Shown: one piece after another, positions 1 through 10,720 of the stretch
Numbering within the stretch: the stretch's first letter is position 1
How the letters are laid out: every line of letters begins with the position of its first letter
From: Marsupella aquatica
Taxonomy: Eukaryota; Plantae; Marchantiophyta
Direction: 5' to 3'
Assembly: GCA_973895155.1 (NCBI GenBank)
Contig: OZ316897.1
Span: 4,496,211 to 4,560,210, forward strand
DNA: 64,000 nt
The notes under the pieces: generated by a model
Database searches by the model: none
Told to the model about the DNA's origin: nothing
The model's input: only the letters and a program-made list of their open reading frames with translations
Made by a program: the position numbers and the translations under genes

Positions 1-1379
1 GCTTGCCAGGCCCTTACATAACCATGGCTGATCATGTCCTTCCATCTTGCGCCTACTACCCCACTCGTGGGAGCTTTTACTCCTGCTTGCCTTCTCCTGC
101 CGGGGCTCGCTACTCCCGGGGCGGCCCTCCGTCTCGCGCCTGCTGCCTCCCAACTTACGGGCACGCAGCCTTACGCTGGGCCCTCCACCTGGCGCCCCAC
201 GGCTCGCAGGCTCCTCCTCCCCAGCAGACTTCGCCATATTACACCGGGGCCAAGAAAAACTGTCGGGGTCTCCAAATATTAATTGGTGGTATCCCCTTAA
301 GATGCCTAATTTTCTTCTCCCACAACAACAAGACCCAAGAGAGCAAAGGGTCAATTAAAAAAATAGTTCCTCCCGGGTTCAAATAGCTCAGGCCCTCCAG
401 AGCAACATGAACACACACCGGGATGATTAACTTTTAAGAAATTTAAAAAAATTGAAAAACTCTTGTGTATATTGGCTTATTTATTTACATGCATCTTGCC
501 AATAACACCTAATGGTGACTTTTCGAGACGGGGACCCCGTCACAAGATGGCAACCATTGCTTGGGACTTAAGATAACATGTCACAATGGAGAAGTGACTT
601 GGGCGGCGGGCTGATCATGTCTTTCTAGGGTTGGAGTCTATGCCCGTAAGGATTGGGTTGTTGCACATCCAGTTGGGGGGAGTAATATTGCAGTTGTTGT
701 AAACCGGATCATGTTGTGGTCAAGGCAAACCGCCAAAGGAGGAGGGATATGCTACTCACTATCTTGGGGATATGGTTTATATACTTGCCGTTGAGGTCTT
801 TGTGCCTCGACACCTTGTCTTTGCATGTTTTCTGCCAGCATGTGCAAGTCTTGTATAGAGTGGCAGCAATGTCCCACAATTTTTGTCCTCATTGCCTCCT
901 TTAGGCATTTGCTATTCTTAGGAGGGCAGGGGCAGTTGGTTCTAGGGCCTCTAAGGAGATTCCTCTATGTGACCCTGCTATGCCCAGGTTTACTCCAGAG
1001 CATAGAGTTTCCTGATGAGAAGGGCTTTAGTTTGTTTGCTGTTGTAAAGGACTCGACTCCATTGTCTTCCTGAGGTGTGGGACTCTTCAGGTGTCTTGGT
1101 TTGGCATTTTTTGTTCTTTGTTACTGTGATATATTGTTATTCCACTCTATCATATTCAAACTAGCTCAATACCTGTGCGTTGCACAAAAGAAGTCATGTC
1201 GGCCAAGATGTTGTTGAGAGAAAAAAATGTCGTGTCGGCCAAGAAGCCGTTGAGAGAAAAGATGTCTTGTCGGCCAAGAGGTTGTGGAGAGAAAAGATGT
1301 CGTGTCGGCCAAGAGATCGTTGAGAAAAAAAGATGTCGTATTGGCCAAAAGGTCATTGAGAAAAAACATCTTGTATCGG

Positions 1380-2868
1380 AGTGGTGGACCTAGCCACCCA
1401 GCGCCCTCACCAATCCCATCACTCACGCCTAAGTGCCCCTGGTGCCCGAATGCCTCCACGGAATACTTCGAGCAAGCACCCTAGTGCCCCTTGCACCGCC
1501 AACGGCTCCTCCCATACAAAACCGCACTTGCTCTCCAACACGACCGCTACTCAACGGTCCTCACTCTCTGCACAAGCAACCAAGCACCTCAGTAAGTAAC
1601 CCTTATGGATCTAGAAGTCGCCAAGTCTAGCATCCTAACTCAAGCTCAACATACATTGGTAAATAGGTTAGCGATAGGTCCTCCCGATGCCATAAGCCGG
1701 AACCAAAACCCATGCCCACTGTTCGTCCAAAACAGCTCCTTCCTTGGGCGCGGCCCGGGTTCCCCCTCGTACCTATCCATCACCAACTGACCGCCCTGAC
1801 CCCAGGACATGCTCATGGCCCAAGTAGTGTAGCTTGTCCTGAAGCTTGTCCCAACATGCCGGGACCAAAATAGCCCCGACTCTAGCAACCAATTCCCGAT
1901 TCACCTCACGGATGGTCTAGGGGCCGAACACTCTTGGAACTCAACCTCCACACTTACTTGGCCTTGTCTCCCCAATGCAAGCTCCCTTGGGAGATTGAAC
2001 GCGGCTTGGCTACTGTTCGGCAAGATTTGGCAAGTAGGCGAGTAAACACCCGCAAACCTCAAGAACCCATGGTGCCCCAGACCCAGATGAGCTCAGGAGG
2101 GCGTAGCCCTTGACGAGAGCTTTCCAACGCACCAAAGAAGTCCTCCAACGGACTTCCCGTTGGGAAGATATCGTCGTTTCCGTTTCGCGGTTTCCTTTAG
2201 TGTCGCGATCGCCGCGGCTCACAACTTCGGCTCGCCCTTACCTTAGCTCCCAGGGAGACACCACTCCCCTCATATATGCTTCTGGAGACCTGTCACCCCC
2301 AGACCAGCTTTGGTCCCTAAACATTTGGTCTCCAACCCGGATCCTATCGCGCATAATGGACGCGCCACCAGCTGGCAACGCCCATAACTTTCTCGTTAGG
2401 CATCCGCAAGCGGAGTACCTTAGCCTGTTGTGATCGGGCCGACCCAGTGCTCATGCCTAGGTCCTCAGGTCTCATCGCCGCTCGGGGCCCCCGATCGGCC
2501 CAACCCGGATTGGGCCATAACTTGCGCCCCAAGCGTCCGTTGCCCATGGCGTCAACTCCATGGGCCTTGGGCCCAAGAGGAGCTCACACTCAAGCCCTCA
2601 GAACTCAAAGTCCATTCAGAGGTCCGGACGGTCGTCCTTGAGCCCGACCCATTTCCCCTTGACCCAACTAGCTCTCAGCTAGTCCAAGTCCTTAGTGTGT
2701 GTCACCAGCTTGGCTCCTTGCCTTCGTTAGCGTCACGTCTCGTTGCCCACCAGTCTCCCCATGCTAAGTCCTCCCCGGATGGCCTATCCGGGCCTGGACC
2801 ATAAGGGAGCTCAGCGTCGGAGTCAGCAACGCCGGAGCTAAGTGTTAAGGTAGTCAAGTTCCGTGACT
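1380..2868. mobile_element. GC-rich ~1.49-kb insertion, probable solo LTR/LTR-derived fragment
   Basis: It interrupts one repeat unit and is flanked by 5-bp ATCGG (1375-1379)/GTCGG (2869-2873). The ends are an imperfect inverted pair (agtggtggacct vs reverse complement agtcacggaact). Removing it restores ...gtatcggccaag. Confidence 0.5.
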
Positions 2869-3002
2869 GTCGGCCAAGAAATCGTTGAAAGAAAAGTTGT
2901 CATGTCGGCCAAGATGTCATTGAGAAAAAAGATGTCATGTCCGCAAAGACATCATTGAGGGAAAAGATGCCGTATCGGCCAAGACATCGTTGAGGAAAAA
3001 TA

Positions 3003-3312
3003 CCTGTGCGTACAAAGACAAAAATCATTCTTAACTGGTGATACTTTGTGGTTGTTGTTACTCATTTTTTGCGCAACTTTTTTTTCTTAAGAACATCTTG
3101 GGTGACACCACATATGTTTTTCTTAAGGGCATCTTGGGTGACACAACATCTTTTTTCTTTAATAACAACAACTTGGGCAACACAACATCTTTTTTCTTAA
3201 ATAACAACATCTTGGGCCACACATCTATTTTCTTAATGATATCTATTTTCTTAATAAAATCTTGGGCAACATGACAATTTTTTTTCTTAACATCTTTTGT
3301 GCAACGCACAGG
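3003..3312. mobile_element. Short second copy of the same foldback family inserted at the central TA of the outer element
   Basis: ta|cctgtgcgtacaaaga ... tcttttgtgcaacgcacagg|ta; the flanks gttgaggaaaaa / ttttcttcacgac form the palindromic centre of the host element. Confidence 0.55.
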
Positions 3313-6300
3313 TATTTTCTTCACGACATCTTTTGTTCTTAACAACTTCTTGGCCGACACAACATCTTTTGTTCTCAACGATCTCTTGGCCGACACGACA
3401 TCTTTTGTTATCACCGGCATGTTGCCAACATGACATCTTTTGTTCTCACATCTTGGGCGACACAACATCTTTCTTCTCAACAAACTCTTGGGCGACACGC
3501 TTCTTAACGACCTCTTGGGCGACACGACATCTTTATTCTCAACAACCTCTTGGCCGACACGACCTCTTTTGTTCTCAACTACATTGAGAACGACATCTTG
3601 GCTATCACAACATCTTTTGTGTATTGCGCTAGTCATATATATTATTTACTTTTGTATTTTCTGTGTATGGATCAGGAAACTCCTTGATACTCATGTGCAT
3701 TCCCTCCCTTGTTTTGTGTGCCCCATTGGTTCTCTCCTTTTGTGTGTCCCATTTGATTCTCCTCTTGTTTGGAATACTTATTACTTTTTTGATGCGCATT
3801 AAATTTAATATAGCCATTATTCCTTCTCTTCGACATGATTAATGTTTTTTGGACACTGCAAATTTTAATGAAGACCACTTCATAGAAAGACGCAACCTTG
3901 TATTATAGTCTTTAATACTTCATATTCAAATTCTCGGGAATTGCCCCCCTAAAAAATTAAAAATTAAAATAAAACTTTCATATTTGCTTTGTCATGGCAT
4001 TTTACAGCTTTGTACATTCTTTTGGTTGTATTGAACATTTTCACATTCTCCATTGGAATAATATTTTAATTTTCTTTGTTTTTTTTCTCTCCTTTCTAGG
4101 TTTTCAAAGTCATATGTCGCATTCTGTGGGCTCTTTTGGGGTCCACATTTGCCGTCTTCGTTGACAATCATGTTCATCCTCTTTAGAATTTCTCCTTTGT
4201 ACTTGATTTGGCCCTTGTCTAGTAGATTGGTTCCTTTCTTTTGTAATATTCGATTATGTTACATACTCAGTGGAGATTATGTCTGTTTCTTCCGTCTAAG
4301 GAGGCTTGGATATTACCATTGCCAGGGTGTTCCTTTGGATCTGACAAGACTTAAGACTCAATCCAAGACTCTGGCCAATTTTTTTTGTGTTTCTTGAACA
4401 TGAGGCATAGTTTTCTTTAGTTTCCTTCAGACCTATCTGGACTAGGTTTCTCCTGTTTTCTGTCTACCTTTCTTGGCCCTTTGCCAAACAAAGAAAATAG
4501 TCTGTGCTTCACCAGTGCGATATAACATGCACATTTGAAGACATAGGTGAGGTTCGATCCAAGTGTGAAGACTTCCTCGCCTGAAACCAGAAGCTAATTC
4601 ACAGAAACGCTCGAAATTTTGATCAATGTACTCCATGCATACGATTTATCTCAATTTCAACGATAAGCTATGCTCAGGGTTAAGCAGCATACTGCGGTTG
4701 CTAGAACCAGCGCTGAAATGGATTCAGTAACAACAAGAAGAACCTTTTCAATCCAAAGCAAACTCCAGCTAGTTCTAAGTTGACTGGATTAATTAAAACA
4801 CCAGCCAACCCTGGAAGAACACATTCAACGATTAATTCAAAATACAATGTCAAATATGCAGACGGAAAAAATTTCTAGCTCTGAGTGAAGTCAAGCAGAA
4901 CCAAATAAAGACATGAGCGACACTGAACCTAAAGTCTACGCCTAGCTTGCAAAGACGAAGAATATCCATAGTTATGATCATCTACATATTTCAGTTCAAT
5001 GGCTAAAGCAAATGGTTGAGAATGAGCAGTGTACAGTCTACACCAGAGGAAGGGAGACAGTTGCAATGCAGAGCCTACAGTAGATTTCTTGTCAATGATG
5101 AATGCATGTAAACCAGAAACATACGGGAGCTGAAGACGAGAGTCCCCTTGGTCGACATGTGAATTCGTGAAAAGTTGAATGCACTTCTAATTAGGTGCTT
5201 GCAATTCCCAAACAAAAGAATGTCAAGCAGACCCAGTGAACAGCACAATCATGTCAAGACCAATGCAATAATCAACCAAAAGAGGACCGACGAGACCGAA
5301 AATTCAAAGAGGAATGCCACACTTGGGCACAGATATCTGAATTATTATTTTTAATAAGGGGATATCAAATATAAGAAAATTCAGTAATGGATTCCCACAA
5401 AAAGCCAGTAGCCTTCACAATGCAGAGCGTGTCCGTCCAAGCAGTTCGAACATCGAAGACAATGTATTTGTTTCGCAGAATTGAAAAGAGCTTGAGCTTT
5501 CTTTGCCAACAGAGATAATAACAACAAAACATGGATAATCAAACTATGTTCGTATACAAATTTGGCAGACAAAAACAATGCTTGCTCCATCGAAGTGTAG
5601 ACGACGACCGACCTGGTGTAGTTCTCCACTGATTCCAAAATTACAAATACCGCGACAATCCGCCCAAAAGATCATGATTCTCTAACTCGTTCCCTTGGTG
5701 GAACATTCATCCAAATCATCGATAACCACTCTTGGCTCACACCAAGGATTATTTGTGAGAGGAACAACAAATTCCTCGTGACGGAAACTAAGCAGCAATT
5801 GCTGGAAATTTAATAAAATTGGATGTTTGAATCGTCAAATAATCTCCTCTCCCCAAGTAAAAGAGAGTGGAGATGTGCACGAGGTGTGCACATTGCTTAG
5901 TGGCTTCCGAACTGATTTATCTTCAAGGAAAGAAACTACTGTGTTTAAGTCAGCAACGCATGAACAACAATTACACCAATTTTCCAGTGCAGAAAGAATC
6001 TTCACTTGTTCACTGCGCGGAAGGGCATGATGCGGACCGCGTAGCGTATCGATCTGAGCAATTGATTCAAATCACCAGCCCAACGAATTAATGTAATCGG
6101 TTGAAACGCCGAGTTCTAGGAAAATCTAGAACTGGAAAAACATAATTCAGTGAGATGCATTGGTGGATCTTAGATCATCAATCAACTGGTGTGCCTCAAA
6201 CATCGTCCTACTCAATTTCTGGTCAAAGTAGATAGATTAAGGCTTCTTCAAAACGTTTTGCGATCATTGACTAACTAAAAATTAAAGAATAGTCCGGATT

Positions 6301-6481
6301 CACTGCGGAGCGACTAAGTTTCTTTTCATAATCACAGCACGCATCCGAAGCAAAGCATTTCGTAGTGGCATGCCGGGTGAACCCCTATCATCGGACAATC
6401 GATTCGTCCTAAGCATCCTAAACACTCGTTATTGCCAGAAACTTGAGCAAAAAGAGACTGGAGGATGGTCATCACCTGGAA

Positions 6482-6676
6482 TTAGGTCTCAGCGACATCA
6501 GCTGCTGTCGTTGATTTGACCTCCTTCGCCGGCTCTTTAGGAAACACTACTCCCGGCCAATCTTTGCACATGCAAGCCTGGCCCTTGGGAATTTTCTCGA
6601 AAACACCGGGGACGTGTTTCCCGCATCCTGCCCACGTTGTTTGGCCGCAGGTGCCACACTTCGCGGGGTAGCACAT
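6482..6676 (-). CDS. Small (64 aa) Cys/His-rich protein of unknown function, single exon
   Basis: ATG-initiated ORF MCYPAKCGTCGQTTWAGCGKHV...ACMCKDWPGV with pattern MC-x4-CxxC-x4-WxGCGxHV-x12-CxC. This resembles a conserved uncharacterised small eukaryotic protein family. A (GA)n tract lies in the presumed 5' UTR. Confidence 0.8.
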   Translation of the reverse strand: MCYPAKCGTCGQTTWAGCGKHVPGVFEKIPKGQACMCKDWPGVVFPKEPAKEVKSTTAADVAET

Positions 6677-6696
6677 CTTCTCGTGATGTGTCCTCT

Positions 6697-6701
<5 letters not shown>

Positions 6702-6732
<31 letters not shown>
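6702..6732. repeat. (CT/GA)n microsatellite in the 5' UTR of the small Cys-rich gene
   Basis: Uninterrupted ctct run ~25 bp upstream of the ATG on the minus strand. Confidence 0.95.
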
Positions 6733-6735
<3 letters not shown>

Positions 6736-6898
6736 CTCCGCAATGGGATTGAAGAAGTTCTGCACGCTCTTGGATACAGGGTGAGCGTTCCTAGCTGGAG
6801 TGAGACGAACCAAGGAGAGCTCTCGAGGTATTGCAATTATTAGACAGGGATAGTTGCAGTGAGACGAACCGAGGGGAGCTTTCGAGGTATTACTATTA

Positions 6899-7859
6899 GA
6901 GCATCTCCTACGCAGCGTGGTAGGCTTACGGGAACGGGGTTTCCCACCAACCCCGTTAAGAAATATTAAAAGAACAGCCCCTACGGGAGAACGGGAACGG
7001 GACCGTATTTTTCGTTGGGGTTTTCTCTTGCGGGAACGGGATTGTGGAGGCCAAATGCAGCTTTGCCCTATCCACGGGGTTCTTGACTGGATTGCAGCAG
7101 ATATGGATCGTACGGTGGAGGAAAGTCGGTCTTCCGTGCGGGAAGGAGGCCATGCAGAGAAATTTCCCGCTAATGTTCAAGCAAAAGCTCCTCAATAGAA
7201 ATGGTGTGCAGCAGTCGAGACTTGCCACTCTGAATCGATGCTCCTCTGAAGCTATGAACTATCATCAATCTTCCTGAAATTGCTGGCCGTTTCTTCAGTA
7301 GCATCTTGCTGTGATTTTTTGATTTTCCACCATGGCTCCAGTCGACAATGCAGCTGCGAAGAAGGGCAAGAAGCAGGCGAATTTTTCCAATATCGAAATC
7401 GAACAGATTGCAAGGTCGTGGCTAGCATGCAGCGGCAATTCCATCAATGGAGCATAGCAGAAATCTGATGTCTATTGGACAAAGATTGAACAGCATTTTC
7501 AGAAATCCATGGCAAAATTTAGGCGAAAATATCCAGGTGTGGTGAAGAATGTCCCCAGGTCCATCAGATCATTGAGTTCAAAGTGGGGTGAGCTTAATCA
7601 TGACTGTGCCAAATTTTCTGGAGCAATGTCCACGATCGTTGAATTGAATGAGTCTGGAACCAATGAAGACTAGCAAATGGAGAAGGCTAGAGCTCTCTAC
7701 CAGCAGACACATAAGAAGGGCTTGGAATTTTCGTACGAAGGTGCTTGGAAAATTTTGAAGGACTCTCCAAAGTGGCAGATCGTAGCAAGGAGAAGCATTT
7801 GGAGAGAGTATTAAAGAGAAAGAACGGGAAGCAAGCTGCCAATACTCCAGCTGATGGTC
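6899..7859 (+). mobile_element. PIF/Harbinger deletion derivative with a decayed Myb/SANT-like ORF1
   Basis: tta|GAGCATCTCC ... GATGGTC|taa termini with a TWA target. The internal + frame reads QKSDVYWTKIEQHF...RSIRSLSSKWGELNHDCAKFSGAM...ESGTNED*QMEKARALYQQ...FSYEGAWKILKDSPKW (about 7450-7780) with in-frame stops. An empty site, attatta|gacaggg, is preserved in the upstream duplicate. Confidence 0.8.
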
Positions 7860-7919
7860 TAAGACAGGGATAGAGCTGCCCATTCTAAGACATACTTATT
7901 TTAATTTATTCACAATAAA

Positions 7920-8700
7920 CTCTAATCTATGTAATTAGTTTATGAAACCCAAGCTATCATATCATAAAGTCTAATCTATGTAACTAGTTTATGAAACACA
8001 AGTTACCATATCTTATTCAAGAATATTAATTATAAAAAGTAAAATGAACAAAACAACACAAGCTACCATATCTTATTCAAAAATATTGATTATAAAAAGT
8101 AAAGTGAACAAAACAATCTATATAACTAGTTTATGAAACACAAACTATCATATCTTATTCAAGAATATTGATTATAAAAAGTAAAGTGAACAAAGCAATC
8201 TATGTAACTAATCATATCTTATTCAAGAATATTGATTATAAAAAGTAAAGTGAACAAAACAATCTATGTAACTAGTTTATGAAACACAAACTATTATATC
8301 TTACTAGCCCCGACTACCCGTTCTTTGAACGTAATAGTAGGGAGTACAATAAAAAATTATCAAAATATTTTTTCTATCCATATTCTTTGAAGATTAATGA
8401 AATGATAAAAAAATTCATCATTTTAATAGTCATATATAATATACCCTTCTCCTTTATGTGCACATGAGTATTTTTTAATGCACATATGTTGTGGTGGGGC
8501 CATAGTGCATATAGAAATTATCAGAAAATTGGTATGTACATACATCATGTCATGAGTTTTTCCATTGCACATGATGGCCATAGAGTTATGGTCTAGAGGC
8601 TTCATTTTAGACCTAGGCTCTTAAAAATAGACTTGAGTTGGCTATTTAATAGTAAGATTCAAGAATATTGAACAATGATTATAAAAAGTAAAATGAAAAA
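7920..8700. repeat. AT-rich tandem repeat (~60-80-bp units)
   Basis: Repeated catatcttattcaagaatattgattataaaaagtaaagtgaacaaaacaatctatgtaactagtttatgaaacac units; the last one is interrupted by a Helitron. Confidence 0.9.
8304..8657 (-). mobile_element. Non-autonomous mini-Helitron (354 bp)
   Basis: On the minus strand it starts 5'-TCTTACTATTAAATAG and ends cgttc-aaa-gaacg hairpin ... CTAG-3'. It is inserted between A and T with no TSD; removal restores the host repeat atatctta|ttcaagaatattg. Confidence 0.85.
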
Positions 8701-9179
8701 AGCATATCATCAAAGTGAATAGATAGCGGTACTCTCGGTGAAACACAAGTACAAATCAGTGTACCTTGTTATAGGTACTATATTTTGTGATTGAAAGCGA
8801 AGCAAATTAATTTTGTACCTTTCTAAATTTTGGGGGGCTCTCTATTTAGGTGGGGCTTCTCTGTTTAGGTGACACCTATTGACCTATAAACCATAATCAT
8901 TAGAATTAGTTTAAAACATATAAGCTATTGGGACATGGTTGGATTGTGTCCTAGTTGCCCTGGTTGAGTTTGGAGAGTGTTTGAAGAGTGATATAGTATT
9001 AAGAAATTCTCATGAAAATGGGGAGTGCTTACATCATAAATACACAATAAAACTAGAAGGATAATATAAATTATTATACTTAACATATTAAAAGAAGTTT
9101 AAGCATGTCTACTTAAAACTAAGTACTTGAAAAAATTTCAGGGGTTGAAGGGTTCCGGGTGATCATTAATCTTCCTATG

Positions 9180-9960
9180 TTTTGATTTCCGGAGTGCAGT
9201 GAGTAGATGAATCCAGTGATGTTCCTTCGATAGGCAATTTGATACGGGAAATCAACCCTCCAGGGAACTGCTGGAGAGTTTTGATCATTGAATTTCATGC
9301 TGTACAAGGATGCAATCATACCAACTTGATGGGTTTCCTATGTCTGAAGTTCCCGAATGCAGTGAGTAGATGAATCCAGTGATGTTCCTTGATAGGCAAT
9401 TGGATATGGGAGAGCAACCCTCCAGAAACTGCTGGAGAGGTTTGATCATTGAATTTCGTGCTGTACAAGGATGCAATCATACCAACTTGATGCGTTTCCT
9501 ATCTTTTGAAGTTCCGGATGCAATCCTACCAACTTGATGCGTTTCCCATGTTTTGGAGTTCCGGAGTGCAGTGAGTTGATGCATCCAGTGATGTTTCTTC
9601 GATGTGCAATTTGATACGGGAGAGCAGCCCCCCAGGAACTTCTGGAGAGGTTTGATTGCTTGGATTTGTACTGTCCAAGGATACAAATATATTAACTTGA
9701 TGCGTTTCCCATGTTTTGCATTTCCGGAGTGCAGTGAGTTCATGAATCCAGTGATGTTCCTTCGATAGGCAATTTGATACGGGAGAGCAGCCCTCCAGGA
9801 ACTTCTGGAGAGGTTTGGTCGCTTAAATTTGTACTGTACAAGGATGCAAATATACCAACTTGATGTGTTTCCCATGTTTTGAAGTGAGTTGATGAATCCA
9901 GTGATGTTCCTTCGATAGGCAATTTGATACTGGAGAGCAACCCTCCAGGAACTGATGAAG
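9180..9960. repeat. Tandem repeat, ~163-bp unit, ~5 copies
   Basis: The anchor g(a/c)atccagtgatg recurs at 9209, 9372, 9581, 9744 and 9894 (spacings 163, 209, 163, 150). Confidence 0.9.
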
Positions 9961-10720
9961 AGGTTCGATCACATAATTTGCAAAGGACGGGTGGCTCAGT
10001 GCAGCTGTAAAACAATTACGTGTGAATCGGTTGCGCAAGCTCCACGGATTAATTATATGTGCTAGAAAGGAAGACACAGGAGACCTGGATACTGAATCTC
10101 GTTCCGAGCCTAATGTCGGATGTGTACAATCCCTGAACAGTGTAATAATGTCTTCACAGGATATGTTTGCTTCGAGACGGAGCGGCAATGATCTTGGTCA
10201 ATTTGGACGAACCAGTTGTGGATGGTGAGTGAAGACTGAATGGGATTTAAATATCTTTCCGTGCTCTGAGATTATTATCTGTGCACTGAGAGCGCTGCTA
10301 GCTTTAATTAATGGCTTCCTGTTGTAAAACGACCAAAATAACGTTGTGCAAAAGACTCTTGCCAATGTCAAACTCATTGGAGATTACGGCCACTATTCTT
10401 CGCAGCGCAATATATCACGCAATTTCATACAGCAATGATACCTAAGCTCTTGAGTGGGAATGTGAGATAGCTGAGGGGGTTTAAGCGAGAATGAAGCAAA
10501 TCATTAATCAACATGTCTCGTCGGCCTAGGAAACCTATACGATGCCAGAGGAACACTTTGTGTGTGTGGACAAGAAAAGAATCTTTCATGAGCAGCACCC
10601 AGTCGTTTGCACGCACTAGCTTTTCAGATATTTCATCTTTAATGAGCAGTGCCCAGTAGTTTGCATTTCACGACTAGCTTTTCAGATTTTGTATGAGGAT
10701 GGGAGGATTTTTATTTGTAG

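Larger units (their letters stand above)
1172..3632. mobile_element. Foldback-type non-autonomous DNA transposon (TA-flanked, Tc1/mariner-like ends) with inverted arrays of ~33-bp subterminal repeats, carrying two nested insertions
   Basis: The left end ta|cctgtgcgttgcacaaaaga (1170-1191) is a perfect 22-bp inverted match to 3293-3314, with a degenerate match at 3611-3634. AAAAGATGTCGTGTCGGCCAAG-type repeats are in + orientation at 1185-1379 and 2869-3000 and inverted at 3080-3290 and 3315-3620. Confidence 0.65.

Noticed and set aside
1-1150. GC-rich ORFs and Cys-containing minus-strand frames, possibly a TE
   Set aside because: No recognisable domain or termini and multiple stops, so it could not be assigned.
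1185-3620. ~33-bp repeat arrays resembling a CRISPR array
   Set aside because: There are no unique spacers, the units are degenerate and in both orientations, no cas genes are present and the context is eukaryotic. They are explained as transposon subterminal repeats.
3058-3636. 192-aa and overlapping ORFs with KKDVVS repeats
   Set aside because: These are translations of the tandem repeat, open in several frames, with no domain signal.
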